From assembly GCA_051362555.1 (NCBI GenBank), contig CM120643.1:29144848-29208847 (forward strand): a stretch of DNA of 64,000 bases, given 5' to 3'. Shown here piece by piece: positions 12,633 to 26,300 of the stretch. Each line of letters opens with the position of its first letter. Within the stretch, counting starts at the first letter, position 1. The DNA comes from Lingula anatina (Eukaryota > Animalia > Brachiopoda). A model generated the notes under the pieces. It was not told where the DNA came from. It saw nothing but the letters and a program-made list of their open reading frames with translations, and searched no databases. A program made the position numbers and the translations under genes.

Positions 12633-15600
12633 CAGGCTACAAAATTTGAATGCTTTGGGTTGCACACTTGTAGATTGATATGTCAATAATAAATGACCCA
12701 ATCTTGATGTCAAAGCTGATTTCCTTAAAATTTCAGTTGCTGTGTCCACATAATTATTTTGGGTTAGTCAATATGAATGCTTTGGGTTGCACACTTTTAG
12801 ATTGAAATATCAATAATAGATGATTCAATCTAGATGACAATCTTTGAGCATAGGCTTTGATTTGATTTTATTATATTCGTATTTCATTAGGTTTTTCTAC
12901 AGAATTATTTTGGGTTTGAAAATTTGTTGCTTTGGGTTGCACACTTTTACAAAGATATATCTTCAAAAACAAAATTGTATGTTCTTAATGGGGCAAGTCG
13001 AAATTACTTTTAAAAATGAACGACATTTTATAAAAATCAAATGGACTAGGTATTTGGTTTTTTCAATGAAAAATCACAGACAATTGTGAATTTTACACAT
13101 ACTGTATTTTTTAATTCATATTTTTTTAATTGTGATTTTCTCATTGAGTAGTACAGCAAAACTAAGAGTGCCTTACAGTTTTATTCTTTATAATAAAGAC
13201 ACAAATCCTACATGAAAATATATTTTTGAACTAACTTTGCAAATATTCTATCCCTTATATCTCGAAAACTGGCAGAGATACGCCCATAGTAACTTTTAAA
13301 CTTGTATAGGAGGTCATATTCTGGCAATCTCACTGAGACCTTGACGTTGACCTTTGACTTACTTTTCATCATGATCTGAACTTCTCAATTTTTCAACGAA
13401 TGCTATGATTTTGTCAAGGGTAGAGTTGCACACTATCTATAGAACCTTCTTAATTGTCGGAGTAAAATGAAGATTTTATTATTACAGGTGTTTAATCGGT
13501 TGTATTTTATTTAGATAAGACAGGTTACTAATGTGCTATTTATATTTTTCAGTAAATGAAAAAAGACAGGAAGTGAGAGGTCTTCAACAACTTTTATAAA
13601 ACTCTTAATGAAGTCTTAACCATAACAACACCTTAACAGCTGACTGCCCTCATACCTTGTATAAACTATGGATTCTGCTATGGTCTGACAGCCAAGGTAT
13701 GAAATACAGTAGTGCAGAAATTGCATATATATGTAAAGGTGGATGATTAAGAAAGTAATTTTAATGAGGAAAGTTGCTTTGGAATATAAAACCTTTGAAA
13801 CATTCAAATATGAATTTGTGTGAAATAATTTTTAAAATAAGCTTTGTTTCATTTTTCAGATAACAGCATTGCAAGGGCCACATACTTCTTATTAAAAGGA
13901 CATATATGGAATGCGTACTGTTTACTGAAGAGACAAGAGATGGACATTTTATGTATTTTTTTGTGTCTGTTGTTTAATTTCAAATGGTTGAATGTCTCAT
14001 GTGCCTAGATGTTACTGTACAATTATATATTTAGCTTGGGGTATTTTATATGCTAAAATCATGTCTGCATATATTAGTGTGTAGCCATTGTCTGGTGGCA
14101 GCGTGGATTTTTTATTACCAAAGATAAAGCCTGATATAAATAAAGATGGAAAGTGACATCAGTGCAATTTTTAAAAATTCAACTGATTAAAAAGTATTTA
14201 ATACTAGTATCTCATCTGCTGAGAACATCAAGGTTATTGTAATGTTACTGTAAAATTAAAATAGTATTTAGCTGCTGTAAAATTAAAATAGTATTTAGCT
14301 GAGGGTACACTCTGGTCCAGACAGAAAAATTTTTGCTAGAAAAACTTGATTTAAGATACATCTGCTAGAAGTTACTATTATGATATGATTTTTTTAATTT
14401 TAAATTTAAATTAAATGTTGAAATTGGTACAAGCATTTAAGAAGTGGTTGCATTCCTGAAATGTGCAATAAATTCTTTTGTACATTTCATGGTCATAATG
14501 GTCTAAATGCCCATTTTGTTGCTAATAAATTACCACATATATATATGTACATGTACATAGTTGTTTTTTCTTTCATTTGTCACTCCATACAAGTCTCACT
14601 GAGGCAAATACCAATTGGCATAGATTTTCTTAATATAAGTATACACTTGCGATAATTGTTAAAAAGATGACAAAAGACAAAATAAGTTATAAGTAATTAA
14701 TAAGTAATAATGATAAGTAGGCCTAATATCGGAGTTTTTTTTTTTTTTTTCATTTTTCATTATTATTTTTTATACAAACATCGTATGTTTCTTATCTGTA
14801 TTCTCAAAACAGGAAGTACATTTTAACTATCAGTTGCTCTTGTCTACCCTGAGTGTCAATTTTCTCATGCAAAAAGCCACCTTCCATTGACGTAATAAGT
14901 TGCACAGTTTCTGTGACATGAGACATCTAAAAATGTTAGTGTTGCTATGGCCAAAAAGTGACCAGTTGGCCGACTTCGTCGAGATCTACCTCATTCATTG
15001 CTTCTTACATCTAGGTAAATCACACACGATGATACACATAATAAACTCTGCTACCATGTCTTAATTTTCACCAGGTACTTATGCAGGGAATAAAGTGCAA
15101 TTCTTGAACTTCCGCGAAGGTTACGCAATTTACAAAAATTCGACTGCGTTGCGCGACGTCATCTCAGCGCACACGCTCCGTTCTGAATATCTTCCCAGTT
15201 GCCATATGACTGGTAAAAAAGTCGAAAACTCGAAAAGTCAAAAACTCGAAAACTCGAAAAGTTGAAAACTCAAAAACTCGAAATATCCAATAGGGGCCAC
15301 CATATATCCCAGCGTATTTTTCCCTTTTTTTCTTTGTTTGTTTCATTAAGACACGCATGCGCCCACCGCCATTATGAGCTCTTAATGGTGAATTGAAATG
15401 TCAAATTCTTTTCTTTATTATATCTTATTTTACAATGTTACGAGAATAAATGTAAATTGAAATGAGAATGCCATCAAAGCTTTGTGAAAACCTTACTGAG
15501 AAATCTTGCTTATTTTAATAACAAACGACAAACAGACACACCAAGTCCGATGAAAGCATAATCTTCTTCATTGGTGAAGATAATTATCATATAACGGTGT

Positions 15601-15783
15601 TCTGATATACAATCATTTACGACACCAAAGGAAGCGGCACTGAGATAATAAGTTCAGAAAAGGGTAAAAAGGTCAACGGGTCACGAAAATGTCTCCAATT
15701 TGAACTTTTTGTCCCTCGGCTCAGTATTTGCCAAATATTTCCCACCTGTTATAGTACTCACGCCCTCTCCTCCCACCCTGAGT

Positions 15784-15814
<31 letters not shown>

Positions 15815-18210
15815 TTCCGGTAAGTGTACATTTTTCACAGTACTACCACATGATTTTATATGATTTTTATATAAATGAATGTACCAAAAACAACAACAAC
15901 AATTCACAAACAGATATTTACAAAGATCATTTTCAAACATACCATCATTACTATACAATCAGTAGCTACTTTACCTAGGGGGTGGCTGGTTCAGAATACT
16001 ATTTCTTTTATTGTTATATGTTGTTGTATTATGTGCAAAATTGAAATTGAAATACAGTATAACTTCTTTTATCTGCATATTTCTTCGAGTAATTTCTAAA
16101 CTATTGGCACCTGCTCCGTGATATTTTAATATTATCTTGTTATTTTGAAGTCAAAATATTCTTATTGACGTAGGTGACATCGCTAAAACTGCGACAGCGA
16201 ACGTTAAAATTTTATATAGCAACAAGGATAAAAAGCTCCTGGAAATAACAACTTGTTCTGTTAATTGTTCACTGTTTTTGGATGGAGAACGAGTGCCTCA
16301 GACGCTTGAGGAAAAGGAGGGAGGCACACAAGAGCTCGTGCCCCTCCCCCTCCGCCGCCGTTTACGTTCTTTCATTAAAATTAAGATCATAACTTGATAT
16401 TGTTCGTCTTTTGTCACTGCGGTTATAATATTGGTAAACAGTGAAACCACAGCCGCACCAACCACATGATTGTGGCTGAACGGTATTCCGGATACACGTT
16501 ACTCAGTTAAACGTCAACATAACACTTTGTCTCTTACCAAGAATAAATACCCTGTACATGACGCACACCTTCAAGGTTATAGACCGTTGCCATGACTACT
16601 GTGCCCACTTTCTGTGCAATATCCGCGATTAGTTTTCCGTTTTATTCAATCAAGACGAGGATGGTGTGACAAAATCACAAGGAAAAGAAGGAGTTTCTTC
16701 TATTTTCCGAATACAATACAGTAACAATTCATGCATAAGCTTAGTTGTAGATGGATGCGACATTTTGCAAGATTTTTCCATCTACTAGTACGATGGCGAC
16801 TCTGTTCCAATAATCGTTTAAGTGTGGAGCAATTTCCAATATTTTTGCGAAGAAGTAGACTTTCAGCCCCCTTAAGTGATGCAACTTGAGAAATAGCATA
16901 GAGCTTAAATCAAATCCTGATCCATGGCGGACCTTTTTTCAGCCAAAATAAAGGTTCGTTCAAAGCCAAGACCCCCCTCCCCCCATGCCTACGGATAGAA
17001 TTAATTTTTTTCCAGGTGTATTCACATTTTCTTGTTCTAAAAGTTTCGATATTTTGAGCCTGTAGTTAACCCTTTCAACAGGTTTCCCAGGAACTACGAT
17101 CAATAGACAAAATCAACTCAACATGGAAATGTTAGGGACCGTTATAATGAATAGTCTGAATAGCCATTGCCATAAAGAGCAGCAGGAAATTGGCCGCCGC
17201 TTTCACCGAGTACGTGGGACTAATGAAACATTTTCGTAATGAAACATCCAGGTTGGAGATATTTTTGCCATCGTTTTGACAAACTCAACAAGGCTGACAT
17301 TGCTCCCATTTGCGGGGGGGGGGGGGGGCGGGGGGGGGGGGGATTACTCATCATGGGGGTATGAAAAAATACTCATTTGGCCTACTCTGAATAAAAAGTA
17401 CATCTACGGTAGTAGGCACCATTCTCATTACGGTTTAAAGTTTTTTTTACCAGAAAAAAAGACACTCTTTTGGTCATGCCGGCTACAGACTTTATCATGG
17501 AGTGTGCAAATAAGGCTAAACTGAATATAAAAAGACGTTATGTTGTAAACAGGAATGAGACTTTATTGTTCATAAAATTACATACCAATAAAATATCAAA
17601 ACAAAACGTGTTATGTGACCAAATAACAAAGATTAAAACTGCTTCAGTGAGGTTTTCATGACAATTGCAAAACATGATATTAACATTACTTTCGCCCTCC
17701 TTTAAAAGTGACCTTGTACTGACTTTAAATGCTAAGATAAAGCTTTAATACAAGCATCCATTCACCTACATAAGATTTGAGATATAAAATAAGATTATCC
17801 ACAATGTTTATTTATTTCAAGCTTGACCCCGATGTGTAAAGATAAAGTGCACTTTAAATAAAAGTTATTTATATATATATGACCCTGTCGCTGGCTCCAC
17901 GAGAGAACTGAACTCAACAGTTGGTTTTAACAATACGGCCGAGAAAGCGAACGCACTTTGACTTCAGATAATCCAGCGACTGTCAAGTTACGTCTTAGGC
18001 ATAAACCCGTGTCTTACGCTTTGTGGAAGTAACCTAACGACTTCATTGCTGTTGACTACCACCGATATACCTAGTGTCAAAATACGACTGAAAATAGATG
18101 AAAATGTTCAGTCTGAAAATTAGGACCAGCTTTCAACTTCAGTTCTTAAGTAAAACAGGTCCAAAGACCACACATAGCAGAGGCTAAAGATCTTCTGAAT
18201 CGACCCAAGA

Positions 18211-18377
18211 CAGGGGCGGATCCAGGGATATTTTCTGACAGTCTTCTAAATTATCTTTGTTGATCCATCCTCATTTTTGACCGTCTTCCGACAGAAAAAG
18301 ATAGATATCCGTCTATGTAAACTTGAAAATCTGATCGTCTTCCGGAAGACCCAGAAGACGGCCTAAATCCGCCCCTG
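18211..18377 (+). mobile_element. ~165-bp hAT-like MITE family, copy 1 of 5
   Basis: TIR CAGGGGCGGAT..ATCCGCCCCTG; flanking direct repeat CAAGA; interior shared with the other four copies. Confidence 0.85.
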
Positions 18378-20206
18378 CAAGATATAATCACCACTCTACA
18401 ATAACTTATGTAAACTAGCCAAGAAAATATATTTATATTATGCTTGGTTGTTTTATAATTTCTTATGATATAATGGTTGCAAAAAATACCACACCTGATG
18501 CTGAATGAATGATGCATTGTAAACTTAGTTAGAAGCTAGCTGCTGAGAATGTCCAGGTTTTTTATACTGTATACCTTCACCCCACTCAATTAGGAATTTT
18601 TTTTTACATGGTTACATAATAATAAACAAAAGCACACTCTTATACATCGTCAGATTGTTTTTATATAATCGGGAAAGATGACATTATCTGATATCACCAA
18701 AAGAGTTAATATTCTGTATAACATTTACAGTTATATATGGTATTATATAATATTTTATATTACATAATATCACATATAAAATAAGACTTCAATGTTCAGC
18801 TGCTCAGAAGACCATTGCACTTTTTGAGGTAAAAGTAAAATGGGATTAAATTTGGGATTAACCTGTTGTCTATTTAACACATTTTTTTCTTTTCAGTGAT
18901 ATCTCATAACCTTGCTTATATCATTCCTTTTTTCCTTGAAAAAACAAGAGAAACACTTAAACCCACATTAAGAAAATCCATTACCATATACATACTACTA
19001 TAAAAATTCCTTACGAAAAAAAGTGATATCTTTACCTATAGCATGTCATTCTTTTTTGTTTTCTTAAAATACGAAGTAATTTTATACACACATGAGAAAC
19101 GTTGTGAAACTAACATGAATAGCCTTAATGTAAAATAATAATAATAATATTATAATAAACCAACTCATTGCCAACCTAATATTATTCCCTTTATAATCTT
19201 TAAAATGTTTTTACAAAAACAAGACAAACCTATACACAAATTAACCGTCATTAATGTGACGGCCATACGAAAAACCTTATGTACAAAAGATACTTTTTAC
19301 AGAACTGACATTTATCAATACCCCACCATTTTGTGTGCCTTTTACTATTTACAATCCAATACTGGATTTTTATTTCACAAGAATAACAAGCCTGACTAAA
19401 AACAACTGAGAATTCATATAAAATCAATTCTCTATAAAATTATGATAACAACAACCAACAATAGTAGACTGATGTTCATTTTTTCTATCTTATAGACAGA
19501 TTGACAAATAACAAAGTAAGACATTGTTACTGTGGTTAAAAGAGAAAATGTGGGAGATAAAATGTCAACTATTAAGTACTAAGTTGTCAAAGTCAAGAAG
19601 GCTGCACTTTCAGTAATAAAGCTTACAGTTTTTCCTAGTGTACTAATTTAGAGTTGACAAAGCAGAACATTGTCCCCAAATTGCCTCTCTGTCCTATTAG
19701 AACCTGAAGTCCGCTTATAAAAATGTTTAACATGCTAAGATAAATTCTGTGTCTCCTTAAAGAAGACTTAAGCCTATAAGAATCACAAGCAACTGGTGAA
19801 CAAGTATCATGTCGTGTGAACCCAACTTGCCTGTGAATATAATGACATAAAATTTAAAATGCACATCACAGTAATTAATATGTATATCTTCTCAATTCCA
19901 TGAAAATACTCAAGATTTAATTTCTGTCATTGGGGGTGTGTCCAGACATGGACAACTGAAGACTGGAAGTAGGTCTAACTTGAGTCATCTGGCTAAAAGA
20001 TTGTAGAGTGACCCCATCAATTTGTGTCGTCTTGCACTAATAAAAAGCATTACTAATAAAAGTCTGATATAAAATGCCTCCTTAAGTAGACCATTAAGAA
20101 ATGTGATAGTTATTACAACTTAAAAGCACATGTATACAAATATTATATATTTATCTCTAAAAATATTGAGAGCTCTTTTGTAAATGATAAAAAATGTCCC
20201 CTCTCT

Positions 20207-23200
20207 TCACTCATCCTCCATTTCAGAGACGAGTCTTCGAATAAGAAGCTCCATATCTCCAGCTCGCATTTTTCCAGTCTCTAAAACCTCCTCGTGGTTA
20301 GGCACGCGATCATCTTCATAGTCCATGACACACACGTTGGTTATGAGTGACATTCCAAATACCCGCATCCCACAATGCCTTGCTGTGACAACCTCAGGAC
20401 ACGTGCTCATTCCTTGAGGGAAAATTTAAAAAACATAAATAACGATAGAAAAGGATCTGCATGAAATGAAGCCTTGCTGACTGAATGGTTACAATATGAC
20501 TTAAAAGGAGACATTGTTTGATTTAAAAAAATTGGATTTTTGTCTTTATTATTATTTTGGGGGTGGGGGTTGGAGTGTGGGGGTAAAATACTGCACAAGT
20601 GGCCAATCATAACATATCAGCTTTCTTGACAAATTTTTCAAAATTTTCAACGATAATTCCCAAAAGACTAAATGAAAGTTTCAGCTGGCTGTTAATCTAA
20701 ATCTCAACTGTTGAAATTATTTTTATTAACACAACACACTTCAGGGTTGAGTCTCTGGTAGATGAGTGTTTTGACAGCGCCCCCTGGTGAGTGACAAATT
20801 GAAATGGTTAAAGGGGATCGAAAAAAGTGCAAAATTCACACCTCAACTAACAAAGTGGTGGAAAAGGGAAGACGTTGCTTGAGAGAAATGTGAAAAAGGC
20901 AGTTTATTACGAGCAAATATGTCTATCCACATCTCTTACCTATGGCGTCTGTCCCTATTAGTCTTAGATATCGCAGTTCAGCAATCGTCTCAAAACTTGG
21001 TCCCCCAAGCATGGTGTAAACCCCATCCCGCAGGAAATCACCAAAGCCAAGGTTGTTTGCTATTTCGTGTGCGAGTTTACGCAGTTTTTTGTCGTAGGCT
21101 TCTGTCATGGCAGGGAAACGGACACCAAATCTGAAATTTGAAAAAAAAAAAAATTTGAATATAATTTGTGGATGACAAAATTTAAACATAAAAGCTCTTT
21201 TTCACTCAGCTCATGCCCAACTGTTATCATTTTATCACATTTTATCATTTTATCACATTTTATCATAGATGACATGATACTGGGGCGGATTGAGGCTGTC
21301 TTCTGGGTCTTTCCCGAAGACAGTCAGATTTTCAAATTTGCACTGACAGGTATCTAATTTTTTCTGTCAAAAGACAGTCAAAAATAGAGGATGGATCAAT
21401 GAGATAATTTGGAACATACAAAATGAAGAAGCCAAAATGGAAGTCAGTCTTCAATGTTCAATACATCTAGCATATGAATCTATAGAATTCTACCAGTAGG
21501 TCTGTATATATGAAACAAGTGCAGGTGAACTATTTGCTTAATTAATAACATCTGTATCAAAGGAAGTCACTAACAAGAGTGATATCAAAACAAGCCTAAT
21601 AAAGGAATTACTTTTTCCTCTAATGATCATTAGTGACAATGCATGGGTCTAGTACTAAAGATTTTCTGAGAACAGTTCCTCGAAGAGGTAAACTTTTAGC
21701 TTCGAGTCCAAAATGTATCTTTGTGACCGCAGATCAATCATGGGTGGTCCAATCTATGTGGCGTTGCTTCATAAAAAGGATGAAATACCTCAGTTATTTT
21801 AACTTTTTATGGCATGAATAGCTGAAGCAACCACAGTTGCCATAAATAAGTATATAATCAATTGTTAAAAAAGTATATCAAGATTCTTTCTTTATTGACT
21901 GGATAACCCACAAAACCATAACAATGAGGATCATTAATCAGAGCAATTAAATAACAAGACAGCAGAACAAAGGGCTTAATGATTATTTTCTTAGCAGGAT
22001 GATCAGTAACAAACTTGTGGTCAGTTCAGCTATTTACTGAATTTAACAGTCAACACTCCTGGCATTACTCATGCCAGGGGAAGGGAGGGGGGCACTATGC
22101 ACCCATGCCTTGCCTCGTAGCATCTTATTTCTCTATCCCCCCCCCCCCCTCCACCCTCAATTAAAATAATACTGATAAATAAATAAAAAGTAAGAAGAGT
22201 GAAACAAGACTACTGGTATATACTGTAGGAAGTTTTTTACTCCAGTACCTTCATACTATAGAGAAATTGACCTCATTTTATGTTTTATATTTGACCAGGA
22301 AACTGAGACAAAATCTTTTTATCCTCCCTAAAGTATGACAGTGAATTCTTACATAAGAGTGGAACATCAGTCCTGTTTTTTCTTTGTCATAACACAGACA
22401 TTTCTCATCCCTGTTGTAGTCAACTTGGTATATGAAGTATATGTGCAATAAGTGCTTTTTCACATGCAATATACCAACTGTGTCTTATATTGTTACATTA
22501 ACAAATTAGATGAGTACAATGACAAGGCAAATACATCAATCACAAGCATGTCCACTTAAAAGGTAAACAGCTCATGATGGTGCATATTTCACTATTTTGT
22601 TGAATGCACAAAGTGATTTAGTTAAAAAAAATAATTTACTGACTATATCTTGCTGTTTTCTCAACTTAGTGAAAGACAAGTTCATATTTTAAATGGTTTG
22701 CACATGAAACATCTACATGATCACAGCATGGACAATGTTATTGCATGCATGGCGCACGCCTTTTTCCACGTGACTGAATAGTCTGGCTTTCTCTGTTGAT
22801 GAATGATGAGAGAGAAGGGCATAAATAATCTAACTCAAGCTTGTAGCTTCAGTTTAACATATCAATATAAATGGCTGTTAAAAAGTAAACAACAACATGG
22901 ACTTCAGTTTTCCAGTTACAGTATTGAGCCTCCAGGGAATATTGTTACAGAGATCATGGAGGGAATATTGTTACAGAGATCATGGAGGGAAAACTGTCAC
23001 TTGCCAGTCAAGAGATATTTTTTATTGGGAAAGAAAAAAAGGTTGTTTCCTTCAAATATAAATTCAATAAATAACTGAATAAAAAATATATTGATGGTTG
23101 AATAATAAAAAAAACAGATGCAGATACTGGTATATAGACATCCACAAGCAAAGACAGGAGTAAACAAACAAACTAACAAACATATAAACTGTCTACCTCT

Positions 23201-23328
23201 CACCATTTTCTCCCACCAGAGGGTTGTGAATAAATAAAAAAAAACAAAACAAACAAACAAACAAATAAATATATCAAATAAATATATAAACCGTCTACCT
23301 CTCATCATTGTATCCCACCAGAGGGTTA

Positions 23329-23367
<39 letters not shown>

Positions 23368-26300
23368 ACAAATATATTAAATAAATAAATAAATAAATTG
23401 TCTACCTCTCATCGTTGTCTCCCACTAGGGGGTTATTGCTGGCCATGCCCGGCATGTTGATGTGGTCCTTAATGAGCATCAAATCTCCCACGTGATAGTC
23501 TGGGTTCACGCCGCCCGCCGCGTTGGTCACAAACAGCGTGTTCACGCCCATCAGTTTCATCACACGCACTGGCATTGCACACTGGAGTGATAGAAATGAG
23601 GATTTTGTGTAAATTTTTATTTGTGTGTTAGTAATTTTATACTATCTTCATCATATTTTCATTGCAACTTATACTACAGCTGCTGTCTTGAAGGACATGC
23701 ATCACACTCACATGTGTATATACGCACATACATGCAAAGCTGCATCCAAAGAGGCAATGATACAAACAAGTGCAATCACAGATATATAAATATACACATA
23801 ATTTATACAAACAATTGCATGCAGGCACGCACACACACACACATGCACACACATACACACAGAGAGAGAGAGAGAGAGAGAGACTCTACTTTGCAAATCC
23901 ACAAACTATCAAAAACATTATATATAAATCATCTTGTTAACTGAAAGCTAAAGAGAACGATTAATTTTTCATGTACTCCCCCATCACATTCATCCTCATC
24001 TTCATCAAATGTTACATCAGTTGCCAGAATAAGCATTGTTAACACAACACATGCACACACCCAGGTCATTTCACTTAATATTCCTTCCAATTATGTTATA
24101 AATAGGGCAATACCTTACTGAATGTGCCATCAATGAATTAAACGTCATTATTATCATTATTTATGTTTTCCAGTTTCCCTCCCTTGTCCAACAACAAGGT
24201 TAAGCCAAGGGTCATGCAGGTCATGACAGGAATGTTGATTTTTCAAAACACAATTGATAACATGACAGTAGATGTCTATCTCGAGAAGAAGTATTTCATA
24301 ATTCTATAATCTTCAATTATTTAATAGTTGTTTTTCTTGGGTGCACTATGACAAACAAACCCTGGGCTATCCAGTGGTATCAGATATCATTTTCAAAACA
24401 CCATTCATCAATACCATGACATTAATGGACCACTCTGTCCAGGCAAAATACGAAACTTATTCATCTGTGATTTTCTTAAGGGCGGTGTGATACACGGCTC
24501 ATGGAGTCAGATGATAACTTGGCACACGCACATGTAGTTACAGCGGCGAATATATTTTAAAACATGGAATTAATTTTTTGCTCAAGGTTTTAAAATTGCA
24601 CAATCATGATGGCCAAAGTGGGAGACGTACGTCAACCTGGATTGAAAATTGGCCTTTAGTTATAAACAAAGTAAGAAACAGATTAAATAACTGTGTCCCA
24701 CTGTTTTCTGAACATAAATTCTTAAAAATTGCACTTGGGGTATCAAAATAATTAACTATATATGGTTAGTTCAGGTTTATATAATTTTATATGTATTGCT
24801 CTATGTTGAAAACAATATTCTTGCATGCCCATTTAGATATTGATCTGTCTTTACAAGTTATGCACTTTCATTCACTTCAGTATATTAATAGAAAAAATTC
24901 CAATAATATGAGGACAAAGGTGATGCGGCTTTTTTCACTGAACTTCTACTGACAGGCAACATAAGTGGTGGTTTGGATGCAAACTCACTTACAAGTGATA
25001 TATTTACTAGATCATATGTTGTACTTTGAAACAATTGAGCAAGTCTACCTCATAATCCCTTAGGTCATTTAATGGCAGAATTTTTTCAAAAGCATTTGTC
25101 AAGAAAGATTTTGAGATCAATCAGTGCTCCCAGATTGTGAGATCTGAGACAATAGCATCGATAATTTCAGAATGAATATCTCGCATCCAAGCAAACTGAG
25201 AATCTCTTTTTGTTCCTCACAGATTTTGCAGACTTGGGCTCTTAAGACATACATGTATTGCAGTAAAATGATGCAATGAAAGACAACCGTGTCCAAAAAA
25301 TTTCCCCATCTCTCTCTCTCTATCTCTCTCTCATACAAATATCATGAATATTTATTTATTATTTCATTTATTTACTTGTCACTAGGCAAAAGTGAAATGA
25401 GAATGAGAGGGTGGGGAGAGAAAAGCATTACGAGTACATGGATGATTATTTATTCATTAAATCTGTAATTATAATCAATGAAAAGGTCTCTTGACTGCTA
25501 GCTGCTCTCTTAAAGGCATAGCAACTGTTCATCAATTGATTTCCCTGGGATAAATGATGATTTTCCCATACTTACCACTAGTTAATGCATCCATTCCAAC
25601 ATTCAAAGTTGGTCCATGATTTTTTTAAGTTATATTTTTTGTCGTGATTTTTAAAGAGAATATTATGGAGGTATAACAATCTATGAACGTCCAATGGCAA
25701 GCACAAATTCCAGAATAATTGTGACGCTGTTTTGGTGGTAAAATGGAATTTATTATATTTCTCTGAGTTGCTTACAATGTATTTATTGTGAAATATGAAT
25801 CTCATACAAACAGTTGTAACCCCTTTAAAAACTCTTGATAATATCCTTGAAGGTAAAGGCTGACTGAAGCTAACTGAAGGCTGAAGCAATGTTGATAATA
25901 CTGCTTCTATTTTCTTGGCCAAAAGGCTTTATTATTTTCTGTACAACAGCATAAAAACAGGTGACCAATTGAGATAAATTATGCAATAAAGAGTATCACT
26001 GATAATAACTGGATCAGTGAAATGTAGCTCTGATTTGGAAATCAACTGTGACAGCTAAGACCATGTAATGCCTACCTGCACCTGTATACTTACAATGCGG
26101 CTGATAACAAGAACAAATTACCCAAATAAACTGTTACTTTAAAAAGTGATTTTTTTTCAGCTCTGTTTTAAGGGCTTTAAGGTGTCAAGTGTTCAGTGCA
26201 GTTAGTTGAAGGACAAAATTTCAATGGCTAGGACGTATCCAGGACAACCTGAACAGAATATTGCCTTTCTTTCCCTAACTGGGTCAGCTGATGTCAGTGA

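Larger units (their letters stand above)
9168..15304. mobile_element. 6.1-kb DNA transposon with TAT..ATA termini and 6-bp TSD (IS3EU-like), carrying nested insertions
   Basis: 27-bp perfect TIR TATGGTGGCCCCTATTGGATATTTCGA (9168-9194) with its reverse complement at 15278-15304. Inverted arrays of 8-bp TTTTCGA(C/G) units lie inside both ends. TSD TATCCC at 9162-9167 and 15305-15310. TAY..RTA termini with a 6-bp TSD are the described IS3EU signature. No intact transposase seen. Confidence 0.85.

Noticed and set aside
15310-20200. Additional gene or RNA gene between the transposon nest and PNP
   Set aside because: Only short low-complexity ORFs; I could recognise no tRNA/rRNA structure or protein motif. 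Part of it is probably the PNP 3' UTR.
22997-23371. 124-aa hydrophobic ORF with repeated TLWW motifs
   Set aside because: It is an out-of-frame reading of the exon-4 duplications plus (TTTA)n repeats.
24476-25247. TTAA-flanked Kolobok/piggyBac-like element
   Set aside because: The ends (TTAAGGGCGG / GGGCTCTTAA) are not convincingly inverted and there is no second copy in the window.
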